Shown: positions 53,582-63,399, numbered from the stretch's first letter. The stretch: 64,000 bases of DNA from an uncultured Gammaproteobacteria bacterium (GCA_964383765.1 CAYLHT010000001.1:100998-164997), one strand, 5' to 3'. Numbers and translations: made by a program. Notes: generated by a model not told the origin, from the letters alone.

Positions 53582-54009
53582 TACTTTCCGGTTTCAACCA
53601 CGATAATCCCGAGAGCGGCAATCAGCAGAACCAAGAACGCCTGGATGAGCAACGAGTTGGGAAGACCGCGCGTCGGTGTTTGTCCGTTCGCTAACGCGAC
53701 GCCAGCTTGCTTGGCTTGCCGGCTAATGACGAGCGACGCGAGCGTTCCCTCAATCACCCATAAAATGATTTTCGTCCAGACGAGTGGGTTATGCCCAAGC
53801 TCATCCCACTCGGTTGCCATCATGATCGCGCCAGTAATGAACTGCGCGCCGGATGCGCCCATGCCCAACCGGGCCACGAAACTCAAGCGGTCCATCCCTA
53901 CTTTCGTGATCGGCGGTTTGATGACCGCCAGTACCGCTAAAACACAAATCCCGATTAGTAATCCGGCACCGAATAGATGCAAAATCATTAAAATAAGATG
54001 GATTGTCAT
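53581..54009 (-). CDS. Membrane protein (142 aa, 4 TM)
   Basis: N-terminus [21 protein letters not shown]. Start/stop overlaps with both neighbours. Confidence 0.55.
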   Translation of the reverse strand: MTIHLILMILHLFGAGLLIGICVLAVLAVIKPPITKVGMDRLSFVARLGMGASGAQFITGAIMMATEWDELGHNPLVWTKIILWVIEGTLASLVISRQAKQAGVALANGQTPTRGLPNSLLIQAFLVLLIAALGIIVVETGK

Positions 54010-54335
54010 GGCGCTGTTTTTTGATTATTGAAATGATGTTCCCATTTACGTTCAATGTACACCCAGCGCCACCACACTCGCCCAACCAGGAATCCTCCGA
54101 TGACACCAACGACTGGCAACAGAATTTGCAACCACAGCGGCAGGGAACATGTGCCAAGAACGGTAGTCCATGTGATCGTGAGCCCATGCTTTTGTGCATA
54201 CGACAACCACCACAATTCAATCAAGACGTGTGCGCCGATGCTCAGCAGCAATCCCAATAGTGCCGACAACGCTAAATACGTCGGTCGCATCCAGGGAGAT
54301 ATTATTTGGGGGACGCGGAAGAACATTATTTCCAA
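54006..54335 (-). CDS. Membrane protein (109 aa, 3 TM)
   Basis: Hydrophobic. Overlaps the NUDIX gene end by 10 nt and the next gene by 4 nt. Confidence 0.5.
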   Translation of the reverse strand: MEIMFFRVPQIISPWMRPTYLALSALLGLLLSIGAHVLIELWWLSYAQKHGLTITWTTVLGTCSLPLWLQILLPVVGVIGGFLVGRVWWRWVYIERKWEHHFNNQKTAP

Positions 54336-54784
54336 CGTTTACTATTCAGATTGATACGTACACCGTCAACAAAATTCTGAAGTGTTTGATGGGCCCGAAT
54401 CTCGATTTCTCCTGCTAGCCACGTCTCAGCTTTTTGCCAGCGGTAGTTCTTCAGCTCACTGGGGTCAAGTGTAACATGTTCGGTTTTCGCTTGACAGAGC
54501 ACATGGAAGAAGATGAGCTGAGCTTTGCGTTCGAAGGACGGGTCAAAAATGAGTTCACCGATGTTGACACTGTGCTGTGGTTCTACCTCAAGCCCGGTTT
54601 CTTCCTTGGCTTCACGCACTACCGCTTCAAAGATTGTTTCGCCGTACTCTACATGTCCGCCTGGCAGTAACCATTGATCACCCCATTTATGAGATTGGAT
54701 CAGTAATACTTCGCCCTGACCATTGACGATCAGGGGTGCGGCCACAACTTCAACCTGCCCGTCGTACTTTGATTTTTTATTCAT
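54326..54784 (-). CDS. NUDIX hydrolase
   Basis: 152 aa. Nudix box [26 protein letters not shown]. Confidence 0.88.
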   Translation of the reverse strand: MNKKSKYDGQVEVVAAPLIVNGQGEVLLIQSHKWGDQWLLPGGHVEYGETIFEAVVREAKEETGLEVEPQHSVNIGELIFDPSFERKAQLIFFHVLCQAKTEHVTLDPSELKNYRWQKAETWLAGEIEIRAHQTLQNFVDGVRINLNSKRWK

Positions 54785-55358
54785 TGCCTTCCTGGCTATT
54801 ATGGGGCTGGCGCAAAGTTCCGAGTAAAGACTTAATCATCTTTCTCAACACAGCCACCTGGCTTGGTTCAAGATTCGGTAGTTCAACCTGTTCTAGACGT
54901 TCATGAATTTCACCAATATTTTCGGCTGTCATACTCTCAAATGGGAGTACCTCGCGAACCGTTTCAAGTAACAATGACTTCACCTCTTCCGGAACTTCAT
55001 CAGCGAATTCCTTAATTTCTTCCTCAGCGATCACCGGAATACCTTTTAACCTTGCGTAAGCCATTTCGGTGGCGACGCTCTGTCCGACTCGCCCGTCGAG
55101 ATCGGCGATGTAATGAAAGCTCGCGTTGCGGATGTCGCGGAGAAAATTCTTCTCATGTTCCACCCGGGCCTGGCTTGGATCATCAGTCAGCAACACAACA
55201 AAGGCAGCTTCGCTATCTCTAGCGAGTGCCGATTTGGGGGCACGTACAGTAATCCCTACTCGTTCGAAATGTTCTCGTATCTGCCCAATATGCTCCAGGT
55301 ATTTTTCTTTGAAACTCCCTGAAATAACCGTTTCGGGATTACTACCCCTTTTAATCAT
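54777..55358 (-). CDS. Hypothetical protein, possibly nucleoside 2-deoxyribosyltransferase-like Rossmann fold
   Basis: 193 aa. [28 protein letters not shown] ... [19 protein letters not shown]. The fold assignment is tentative. Confidence 0.4.
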   Translation of the reverse strand: MIKRGSNPETVISGSFKEKYLEHIGQIREHFERVGITVRAPKSALARDSEAAFVVLLTDDPSQARVEHEKNFLRDIRNASFHYIADLDGRVGQSVATEMAYARLKGIPVIAEEEIKEFADEVPEEVKSLLLETVREVLPFESMTAENIGEIHERLEQVELPNLEPSQVAVLRKMIKSLLGTLRQPHNSQEGNE

Positions 55359-56809
55359 ATCTTTGGCCGATTATCGACGATTCGCTTTTCTTTCAGTTCC
55401 GTCTCCATCCCCAACTTCTCAATCAACTGCTCGGTGGTTTGTTCCTCAACCTTCACGCCAACTTGCATATCTGCATGCATGTGCTTTTCGATTTCGGATT
55501 TCACCTTTGAAAAGTCGGCACCGGCTTTTGGAGAAGCGTGAACCACGATTTCATCCAAATCAAATTTGTCATTATTCCGTTTGCGAACTTCCAATTGCCA
55601 CTCATCTAAGCCCTTGATCGAGGACATGATGGGAAACACGTTGTTGAGATTGACTAATTCGCCCTTGATTTTCGTGAGGTTGAACTCTTTCATGTCGCTG
55701 CGGCGCTGGATGTCCGGCAGAATGCGCGGCACGGTGCGGTGACAGTGCGGACACGGGCCGTACTCAATCCCTTGGGCCAGGTCACCGGTGCGATAACGGA
55801 CAACGACCGTGCCGCGCCAGTCGAGCGCGGTGTAGACGACCTCGCCCGGTCCGTCGTTGACGCGTTGGCCATTGTCATCGACTAGCTCAATGAATTCCAA
55901 ATCAGGGTAGAGATGATAGCCAGTGGATTCGGAACACTGGAGCCAAGCGGTTTTGGCTTCGGTGGAAGCGTAGGTCGCGAAGATTTGAACCTCGCGACAA
56001 CCAACTTGAGCCAGCATTTCTTTGACTTTATCGCGGAAGGCCGGTGAAACGCGTTCAGCGCCGAAGACGACGTACTTCAGATTTGAGAAATCGCGAACTT
56101 GTTTCACCGCTTCGCGCAACAAGTGATAGAAGTAACCGGGAATGACGGCGACCAAGGTGACCTTCAGCCGCTCTAATGAATCCATGATTTTCTGTGAACC
56201 CATGACCTTGCCGCCGCCGGTGGCTAAGCTCGTCATGCCGGATTCAACCATGGCGTAGTAGGCGAGCCAGAAGCCGAGGTGCGGTGAGTATGGGAAAGCA
56301 TTGAGTGCGACGTTGTCGCTATTGAAACCACCAACATCAAACAGACGTCGTCCGGTTTCTTTTAAGAGCATCAAATCGTAGCGGGAGTAGGTGAACGGCG
56401 TCGGCAGAGCAGTCCGACCAGTCGTGAAATGGATGTGGGCCGGTTTGTACTCTTTTTCCAGGGTTGGTTTTGGATCTTGCTTACGGATTTTCATACCCAC
56501 CAGATGCAACAATTCTTGTTTGGTGGCATGTTTTTTCAACAGATGTTCGTCCGGTTGCAAGATGAACTGCCGTGGTTTGGCCGGGTCTTCAGACGTCGGC
56601 GCGATATCAGCTTTTGAAATCAGCGGGAGCTTTTGAAGATCATCGGTCGTTTTGAAATCGCTCCAATGCAGGCGTAAACTCTCCAGCTTTTGTCGAAAGA
56701 ACGGCGAGTAGGGAAGCTTATGTCGAAAAAACCAACGCAGTTTCTGGTTTTGTAAATCAGCCAGTTCACTTCTTGAAAAATGTGAAACTTTTTTCCAATC
56801 GAGATACAT
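55355..56809 (-). CDS. Adenylate-forming ligase (phenylacetate-CoA ligase / coenzyme F390 synthetase-like)
   Basis: 484 aa. TSGTTG-equivalent region FTTGRTALP, then YASTEAKTAWLQC and YRTGDL motifs. Confidence 0.75.
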   Translation of the reverse strand: MYLDWKKVSHFSRSELADLQNQKLRWFFRHKLPYSPFFRQKLESLRLHWSDFKTTDDLQKLPLISKADIAPTSEDPAKPRQFILQPDEHLLKKHATKQELLHLVGMKIRKQDPKPTLEKEYKPAHIHFTTGRTALPTPFTYSRYDLMLLKETGRRLFDVGGFNSDNVALNAFPYSPHLGFWLAYYAMVESGMTSLATGGGKVMGSQKIMDSLERLKVTLVAVIPGYFYHLLREAVKQVRDFSNLKYVVFGAERVSPAFRDKVKEMLAQVGCREVQIFATYASTEAKTAWLQCSESTGYHLYPDLEFIELVDDNGQRVNDGPGEVVYTALDWRGTVVVRYRTGDLAQGIEYGPCPHCHRTVPRILPDIQRRSDMKEFNLTKIKGELVNLNNVFPIMSSIKGLDEWQLEVRKRNNDKFDLDEIVVHASPKAGADFSKVKSEIEKHMHADMQVGVKVEEQTTEQLIEKLGMETELKEKRIVDNRPKI

Positions 56810-56853
56810 AGTCTCAGTATAGCGCCTGTACGAAAAAAATCTATGATGCTTAT

Positions 56854-58266
56854 TTATTCTTGAGGTGGTTTAGAAACGGACGGAGACAAGATTGCTTGCA
56901 CTTGTTCGGCACCGTATCGATGTTCTAATAAAGAACGAAGGTGATGGTATTGTGTCGGTCGTAGGATATGAAGTGCACCGTCAACGACATCTGAGGCTTC
57001 GCCTCCAATTTTTTCGGCTACCCGCAGCCCCACGGCGATCTGTTCAATCATGGCGGTGAATTTTTCTTGGACTTCCTTTTGGACTGTGAACAATTTTTTT
57101 TGGGCCGCAGGGAACTTCACCTCTTGCGCTAAGTCGTCTAGTTCTATAAAAACTTCCCCAACGTTGTTGCCAGCTGTGGCAAACAGCTTGGCATATTCTT
57201 TAAACAAGGTCAGTTTCCAGCTACTCATTTTTGCCCTACCCCCACCCGCCATATAGTGAACGTATGACTTTGCGTAAATACCATCAAGTCGTTGAAGAAG
57301 CTGATGATGATCAACCGAACCAAGAAATGCCAGTACCTCCCCTTGGAGCGCATTGACCATAGAATCAGCATTCAGACGTTCAACCCTTTCAAAAAAACGT
57401 TCTTTCTGTTCGGCAAAAGCTTCATTTGTTGAATACTGTTCAATCAGCCTGTACTGAGACCTGAGTCCAGCCAGGGGTAGCTGAGGAGAATAATCAATCA
57501 CGCCAGGAGCCCCTTCGAGCAGGCTATGAACTTGTTCGTGGCGAAGAGTAATATCCTGCTCTTTCTGGTTCCGCTGTTTGATCAGGATAACACCGCCGGG
57601 CGTGTACCGTCCGTAGGAATCTTTTTCATCAGTTGTTTGTTCATACCCAGCAGCTGTCATAGTCACCGTTAGGTCGAATGGATGGCGTTCGATTGAAAGA
57701 ACTCCTTGGGGATCCGATAATCCACTCTCTTCATCGATGACCCGCCGAACGTAGGCGAGGCGGTCTTCTGTGGTGATTAGTTGTGATAGTCGTTCGTGAC
57801 GTTGGGTTAAATTATCAGCTATTTTATGCAAATTTTGCGCAAAAAATGCGGGTTCATCTTTTGCCAGCTGCCAGTATTCTCCCAAGAGAAGAGATAACTG
57901 TTCATCCGTGGCTTCCCATTTTTTTAAGTCTTCACTCGTCGGAGAATAGTCCTCTGTGTCCTCTTCTGGTGTGTGCCATAATTCCCGAAGTTTCTGCGCC
58001 TCAGAATCCAGGTCACGCATCTGTTGAAGTTTTTTCTGTGACGATTCGGAGAGTTCGTCAGTTACTCGATGAGTGAAAGTTTCAAAACTGCTTTTGATTT
58101 GTTCAGTTGTGACGTCATTTGGAAAAGCTTCAATAAGCTTTCGAGCTTCGAGTAGGGTGTCCACACGACCGTTCAATCCCTCGATGAGGGTTTCCTTTCG
58201 ACTCTCCCAATCCTGACCTAATTCCTGAAAGTGCTGGCTCCAGTTGGCTTCTGAACGAATACTCAT
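56854..58266 (-). CDS. Hypothetical helical protein with HExxH motif (470 aa)
   Basis: A single HEQVH motif in TLRHEQVHSLLEG. Acidic helical N-terminal half. No TM or signal sequence seen. Confidence 0.55.
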   Translation of the reverse strand: MSIRSEANWSQHFQELGQDWESRKETLIEGLNGRVDTLLEARKLIEAFPNDVTTEQIKSSFETFTHRVTDELSESSQKKLQQMRDLDSEAQKLRELWHTPEEDTEDYSPTSEDLKKWEATDEQLSLLLGEYWQLAKDEPAFFAQNLHKIADNLTQRHERLSQLITTEDRLAYVRRVIDEESGLSDPQGVLSIERHPFDLTVTMTAAGYEQTTDEKDSYGRYTPGGVILIKQRNQKEQDITLRHEQVHSLLEGAPGVIDYSPQLPLAGLRSQYRLIEQYSTNEAFAEQKERFFERVERLNADSMVNALQGEVLAFLGSVDHHQLLQRLDGIYAKSYVHYMAGGGRAKMSSWKLTLFKEYAKLFATAGNNVGEVFIELDDLAQEVKFPAAQKKLFTVQKEVQEKFTAMIEQIAVGLRVAEKIGGEASDVVDGALHILRPTQYHHLRSLLEHRYGAEQVQAILSPSVSKPPQE

Positions 58267-58273
58267 ACAATCC

Positions 58274-58891
58274 TTATTGTGTAGCTATTTGCTTACCACA
58301 CAGCGGCGCGATCGCGGCCATGAGACGCTGTGTTTCTTGGTGCAACCACTCATTCGTGATTTCCCCGCTCGGTTTGGTGAACATCAGTGGGGCCCCGATC
58401 TTCAAGCGGACGGAATAGTCCTTCGACAAAACTTTTTGAATTGCGTACCACATACTCTTCGTAGGTTCACAGTCCAAGCCGAGCGGTATGACCGGTACTC
58501 CGGCCATGATCGCCATCCTGACCGTTCCAGTTTTGCCGGGCAGAAGTGTTTGCGTGTGGTTGCGTTGGCCTTCAACAAAGTTGCAAATGATGCCGCCGTG
58601 CTTCAAGTGCTCAACCGCGGGGGCAATCGCTTCGCCGGGTTTGTCCGGCAGTGGAATCGTCACGCCGCTCCACCAGTAGTTGCTCGAAGAGGTGATGAAG
58701 TTGATTGGACGTTTGAGACCTTCGGCTACTCCGGAGCTTATGTAAAATCCATCCAGCCAGTCGACATGGTTGGCCGCTAGAATGAAACCGCCAGTCTGCG
58801 GCAGGTGTTCAAGACCATTCACGTCACGGAGCCTGGCTCGGAATTTCGAAAACACCCAAGCTGAACACCAGCGGTAGATGGCTGACGGCAT
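58274..58891 (-). CDS. plsC: 1-acyl-sn-glycerol-3-phosphate acyltransferase family protein
   Basis: 205 aa. NHVDWLD (the HX4D motif) and FVEGQR. Confidence 0.8.
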   Translation of the reverse strand: MPSAIYRWCSAWVFSKFRARLRDVNGLEHLPQTGGFILAANHVDWLDGFYISSGVAEGLKRPINFITSSSNYWWSGVTIPLPDKPGEAIAPAVEHLKHGGIICNFVEGQRNHTQTLLPGKTGTVRMAIMAGVPVIPLGLDCEPTKSMWYAIQKVLSKDYSVRLKIGAPLMFTKPSGEITNEWLHQETQRLMAAIAPLCGKQIATQ

Positions 58892-58893
58892 AG

Positions 58894-60204
58894 TTAATAC
58901 GGATACTGGTAATCAGCCAAATCGGCCACCGGTCGCATGATCTGCCTCATCATCTCGTCCAAATCAGCTTTCGAAGCCTGCTCAAGTGAGGGTGGAATCT
59001 GGTGGAATTGAATTGGTGGTCCGAAGCGGACGCGGAAGAAATTCCAGGGCAGAATTCCCTTGATGACCGATTCGAGAACCCCTAAACCTTTCGGGGCGCG
59101 GATCGCGGCCGGGACGACGGTCGCCTTGGTCATGATTGCGAGTCGAGCCGCTCCAGTTTTTGCCCGCAGCATCTGGGTCTGCCAGTTTGGATTCAGGCTT
59201 GGTTTATTGCGTGTGCCCTCCGGAAAAATCCCAATCACCCCGCCCCGTTGAAGATGTTGAGCCGCGGTTGTCAAAACATTTGCGCGGTTGGTTTCATCGA
59301 GCGGTAGGTAGCCGAGTCCGTTGACCATCGCCTGACCAAACCAGCGCCGGAAGGCGGCCGCGACGGTGGCCTTCGTCAAGAACATAGGCTGAAGGCCAGT
59401 CGCATGGAAGACGGCCATGGCTAAGGTCGGGGCATCGAAATAGCTGTTATGATTGGCCGCCACAATGAACGGGCCGGCTTGCGGTAAGTTTTCAATTCCG
59501 CTCATCCGCACCCGCCACTGCACCAGCGGTCGAAACAAGCGCCAGAGAAAAAACCAGACAAAACCGCGTCGGCCCAACACCGGACCTTCGCCGGGCATCG
59601 GTTTTCCGGAAAGTTCACTAATCTGTCGCAAGATGTCATCAGTGGTTGTGCGCAACAAATCTGATTCTCCCGGCTCAATCTCTGTTTTCGGGAAACGCAG
59701 TGGCTGACCAATTTCGATATGGCACGGCGCGAGGAGCGTAAAAAACCACATCGCTGACTGCCAGGCAATCGTCCCGCGCGTGCCGCGGATGCCGACCGGA
59801 ATGACGGGTAATCCGGTGCGCAGGGCCAGTCGCGCTACCCCGGTTTTCCCGACTCGCAACTCGGGATTGTGGTTGCTGTTGCCTTCTGGAAAAATCACGA
59901 TCGGGTATCCCGCCGAGAGCGCCATCACGGCTTGGTCGACCACCCCGCTACGATTATTGGGATCAATCGTCAGTCCGCCGAGCCAGCCATACCGATGCGA
60001 TTGGGCGATGAACTTGAGTGGTTTCGGTAAGCGTCGGTACACCGCGGCAGCCACGATCGCCGAGTCAATCCAACTCTGGTGGTTTGGCGCAAGAATAAAA
60101 CCGCCACTGGCCGGGATATTCTCGAGACCGCGCACAGTCCAAATTCGCGAGCGGATGAACGGTAGCAGCCACCAGCGCAACGAGGGATACGGGGAGGGCG
60201 TCAC
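58894..60204 (-). CDS. Tandem double-domain PlsC-type acyltransferase
   Basis: 436 aa with two HX4D motifs (NHQSWIDS, NHNSYFDA) and two FPEG(N/T) motifs. Confidence 0.75.
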   Translation of the reverse strand: MTPSPYPSLRWWLLPFIRSRIWTVRGLENIPASGGFILAPNHQSWIDSAIVAAAVYRRLPKPLKFIAQSHRYGWLGGLTIDPNNRSGVVDQAVMALSAGYPIVIFPEGNSNHNPELRVGKTGVARLALRTGLPVIPVGIRGTRGTIAWQSAMWFFTLLAPCHIEIGQPLRFPKTEIEPGESDLLRTTTDDILRQISELSGKPMPGEGPVLGRRGFVWFFLWRLFRPLVQWRVRMSGIENLPQAGPFIVAANHNSYFDAPTLAMAVFHATGLQPMFLTKATVAAAFRRWFGQAMVNGLGYLPLDETNRANVLTTAAQHLQRGGVIGIFPEGTRNKPSLNPNWQTQMLRAKTGAARLAIMTKATVVPAAIRAPKGLGVLESVIKGILPWNFFRVRFGPPIQFHQIPPSLEQASKADLDEMMRQIMRPVADLADYQYPY

Positions 60205-60292
60205 TTGCGCAGTATAACGTACAACTCGACCCTAGCGCCACACAGCGCGGATATGATCCGCGCTGTGGGTTGATTGGTTGAAGTGTCGTCTG

Positions 60293-61087
60293 TTAGGATG
60301 CCTGACTGAGCGCCTGGTCGATGAAGGTTTTGACCTGGCTATACGGATAGGCGCCGGGGATCGAAGTAATGTAGTTCCCTTTATTGTCAATCACGATCGT
60401 GGTCGGCGTACCACTGACCCCAGCGGCCGTGCCGTCAGCAATCTCCGCCTGGACCGCCGCTTGCATGTCGTTGCCATCCAAACAGTTCTTAAACTTTGTT
60501 TCGTTAACGCCGACCTCTTTGGCTAAGCCGGGGAGCGCATCCAAGGCAAACCCTAAACCATTTGATGTCGTCCGTTCAAAAATCTTGTCACTGAATTCCC
60601 AGAACTTATCATTCCCACCCAGTTTCCCGACACACAGACCAGCTTCGGCTTCCTTTTCGGCGTTCTGGTGAAACGAGAGTGGGAATTGCCGGTAGACCCA
60701 GCGCACCTTGTCCCCGTAATCTTTCAAGACATTATCTTTCATGGTTGGATGAAACTGTTTGCAGTAGGGGCACTCGTAGTCAGAGAACTCAACCAGGACA
60801 ACTTTGGCATTCTTGTTACCGCGGCTATAGTCGGCGTCGGTCACGGCTTTCGGAGCAGTGTAGGTTGGAGCGGCGGCAGTGTTTGTAGTCGTTGGGGTTG
60901 TAGTCGTCGTAGTAGCGGTTTTATTTTTACCGGCACCGTACGCTCGGGGCAGAATGATCGCCAGACCAATGATGGCGGTGGCGGCCACGCCGGCGATCAG
61001 ACCGAAAATGAAAGTCAACTTTGGCGAAGCGCCTTGGAACATGCCGGAGGGCATCATTGGGGATGGGGGCGGAGTGGGATTGTCCAT
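60293..61087 (-). CDS. DsbA-family thiol:disulfide oxidoreductase, membrane anchored
   Basis: 264 aa. TM helix, Thr-rich linker, and a CPYC active site (ECPYCKQFHP). Confidence 0.85.
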   Translation of the reverse strand: MDNPTPPPSPMMPSGMFQGASPKLTFIFGLIAGVAATAIIGLAIILPRAYGAGKNKTATTTTTTPTTTNTAAAPTYTAPKAVTDADYSRGNKNAKVVLVEFSDYECPYCKQFHPTMKDNVLKDYGDKVRWVYRQFPLSFHQNAEKEAEAGLCVGKLGGNDKFWEFSDKIFERTTSNGLGFALDALPGLAKEVGVNETKFKNCLDGNDMQAAVQAEIADGTAAGVSGTPTTIVIDNKGNYITSIPGAYPYSQVKTFIDQALSQAS

Positions 61088-61242
61088 GTGGTGGGGATAA
61101 TGTCAGTTAGCTACTACAGCGTGTAGTATACAGTAGCGTAGATGTGGGTCAAGCGCTGCTCCCTCGTGACTGCAGGAGGGGCGAAGGGGTGGCTGCTCTA
61201 GCCCTCTTACACCTCCCCTCCTTCGAGGGGAGGGCAGCATTG

Positions 61243-61485
61243 TTATTCTGGGTAAATGCGTTTTCCATCCTGGCCATACAGGTAAATTGCTAAGACCGGG
61301 CAGGATTTCGCAGCATTCAAGAGTTGTTCGTCGGTCAGTTCACTCCACTTTGGCTTAAGGGAGGCTTTGTTTTCCCCATCCAGCTCGAAAGCGTCCGGCG
61401 CCAACGTCACGCAGGTAGCCGCGCCGATACAGAGCTCGCGGTCAATCTCAATCCGGGCAATCTGCCCGGCGGGCGTGTCAGCCAT
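61243..61485 (-). CDS. Small ferredoxin (single 4Fe-4S/3Fe-4S type)
   Basis: 80 aa. IDRELCIGAATCVTLAPDAF ... AAKSCPVLAI. Confidence 0.8.
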   Translation of the reverse strand: MADTPAGQIARIEIDRELCIGAATCVTLAPDAFELDGENKASLKPKWSELTDEQLLNAAKSCPVLAIYLYGQDGKRIYPE

Positions 61486-61739
61486 TACTCGTCTTCGAGT
61501 ACGTCAGTTTCGTGCCCGGTCGTCAGCATGGCTTCCGCCTCCGGCCAGCGCGTGCGCAACTGTTCCTTGATTTCCTCGGTGTCCTCATCGACGTCGAGTT
61601 CACCCCGCTCGATCTTGTGTTCGATAATTTCATCGATTAAATCAGCGTAGGCTTCCCGCGAAAAAGCACCGTCGTCTTCCATCCGGGTGACGGCTTCGCG
61701 CATAACTTCGTTGGGGTTGAAAGTCAGGTTTTGTTCCAT
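61485..61739 (-). CDS. Small acidic hypothetical protein (84 aa)
   Basis: The 180-aa ORF is trimmed to MEQNLTFNP. The ferredoxin start codon shares one base with this gene's stop codon, which suggests translational coupling. Confidence 0.5.
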   Translation of the reverse strand: MEQNLTFNPNEVMREAVTRMEDDGAFSREAYADLIDEIIEHKIERGELDVDEDTEEIKEQLRTRWPEAEAMLTTGHETDVLEDE

Positions 61740-61881
61740 GCCGGGAAGTATACCGATGTTTTGAAAAAAGCCAAGTCTGGCCGGTTGACAGTGGTCTCTT
61801 AGAATGTTAAGACGTTCGAATCGAACCTTGCAAACTGAATATCCAACCGTGGTTAGTGTACTGACCTGAAGGAGGAACGTT

Positions 61882-62451
61882 ATGCCGCATGTCCTGTTGT
61901 TGATCATGGGTCTGATGTGGGGTGACGGCACGTCGGCCGAATTGGGCCATGTCAACTGCCACTTCCCGATCTCTGGATATGCAAATCTGGAGGTTAACGA
62001 TTTCGCCACGATGCAGATCAAGTTCACGTACGTCGGCCCGCAGGACTACATGACACCTAGTCGATTCGTGCTGTGCGACAGCAACGCGTACTTGTCCATC
62101 TTACATTCCTGCCGCGGTCCGGCCAACTACATCAACGATGCGATCACGGATCAGTCCGGCCATCTCATCCGATTGGTGATCGCCTCCCCGGAATCGCTCG
62201 GACAGGCAGTCCGAACGATCATTCGAGACTTACCGAACGGTAGTCTCGATTACGGCTCGGACCCCATGCAGGTGGTCTCGATGACGATCGCCCACCGCCA
62301 TGGGAAAGACGTGAGAGTCACCGAATTGTTCCTGCGTCGGAAGACGATGCAGCACGTCTACCTGATCTTGGCGCGATACCTGAGCGCCGGCGACCGTGAC
62401 GAATTGTGTGATTTTCTTCGTCACATCCACGCCCGGTGTCCAAATCGGTGA
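61882..62451 (+). CDS. Hypothetical protein (189 aa)
   Basis: RBS GAAGGAGG upstream. Several Cys and His residues. No motif recognised. Confidence 0.5.
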   Translation: MPHVLLLIMGLMWGDGTSAELGHVNCHFPISGYANLEVNDFATMQIKFTYVGPQDYMTPSRFVLCDSNAYLSILHSCRGPANYINDAITDQSGHLIRLVIASPESLGQAVRTIIRDLPNGSLDYGSDPMQVVSMTIAHRHGKDVRVTELFLRRKTMQHVYLILARYLSAGDRDELCDFLRHIHARCPNR

Positions 62452-62479
62452 CGGTGTGCGTCAGAATGCGGAGGCAAGG

Positions 62480-62827
62480 ATGCGCCAGATAATAGCAGTA
62501 GTCTTGATCCTCGTGAGCTCCATTCTTCCGGCTACGCTCGGAGCGCCAGAGACCGTCGCGTGGCGGATTGAGGCCACCGAAAACACCGCCCGACTCACGT
62601 TGATGGTCGGCGATGACAGTTCGGGTGTGATCATCCTGCAGTCCGGTCCGACCCACGCCTACAGTGGGGTCTTCACTGGGTTAGCGTTGACACCCAGCCA
62701 GCTGACCGCCTGCTCCCGGGCAACCCAAAAAGGGTTGTCGGGTCCACAACTTTTCGGTGCTATCGCTGAAAGCCTGGCCCTAGCCCGCCCACTGCCGGCT
62801 GACGGCACTCGAGAATATAGGTTCTGA
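62480..62827 (+). CDS. Secreted hypothetical protein (115 aa)
   Basis: Trimmed to the ATG after GGAGG. Signal peptide MRQIIAVVLILVSSILPATLGA. Confidence 0.5.
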   Translation: MRQIIAVVLILVSSILPATLGAPETVAWRIEATENTARLTLMVGDDSSGVIILQSGPTHAYSGVFTGLALTPSQLTACSRATQKGLSGPQLFGAIAESLALARPLPADGTREYRF

Positions 62828-62878
62828 CACGAACTCTCCCGCGGAGTGATCTAGCGAGAAAGCATTAAGGAGGACACA

Positions 62879-63097
62879 ATGAATCAAAAAAAGCGCAAAC
62901 GCCGGACCGCCATCCAATTCTCCATTCCTAATCATGTGAGCCTCAATCGGTGGGCGGTGCAACTGCAACGCGAAGGTTTCCGATCCTATAACATCAAGAC
63001 AGGTAATGATGCCATTCGTCGGGCGAAGCGGCTGCCGCGCCCGACCCTGATCTGTTACCGGTTTATTAGTACGGAAGTCAACCTTGCAACAGCATGA
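62879..63097 (+). CDS. Small basic hypothetical protein (72 aa)
   Basis: RBS TAAGGAGG upstream. N-terminus MNQKKRKRRTAIQF. Confidence 0.45.
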   Translation: MNQKKRKRRTAIQFSIPNHVSLNRWAVQLQREGFRSYNIKTGNDAIRRAKRLPRPTLICYRFISTEVNLATA

Positions 63098-63227
63098 CAG
63101 ACATCAAGTAGTCCAAGGCTGTTCCCGACATCACCAACATTCTTGTCGTCCTAAAGGAGTGGGGGGGGCAGGATAAGGAATATCAACCAACTCGCGCCCG
63201 GATGAATTCTAGGCGAGTGGAGGCACC

Positions 63228-63377
63228 ATGGGATCGTACGCCTTTTTTCCTCTCGTGCTCCTCTGTATGTTCGCAATCTTCATCGTGATTGAACGGGAAG
63301 AACGTAAGAAGCGCCAACCCCAGGATCCGAATCCTGATGGCGGAGAGCAATCACCGGACGATCAACCTGCAGCCTGA
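63228..63377 (+). CDS. Small single-TM protein (49 aa)
   Basis: Manual ORF below the track cutoff. RBS GGAGG upstream, TM helix FFPLVLLCMFAIFIVI, terminator downstream. Confidence 0.4.
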   Translation: MGSYAFFPLVLLCMFAIFIVIEREERKKRQPQDPNPDGGEQSPDDQPAA

Positions 63378-63399
63378 ACGTTGAGACAACGACAAGTCA

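Noticed and set aside
61740-62027. The upstream part of the 180-aa minus ORF.
   Set aside because: It overlaps the RBS-supported plus-strand gene starting at 61882. The acidic conserved-looking part begins at the internal Met (61739).
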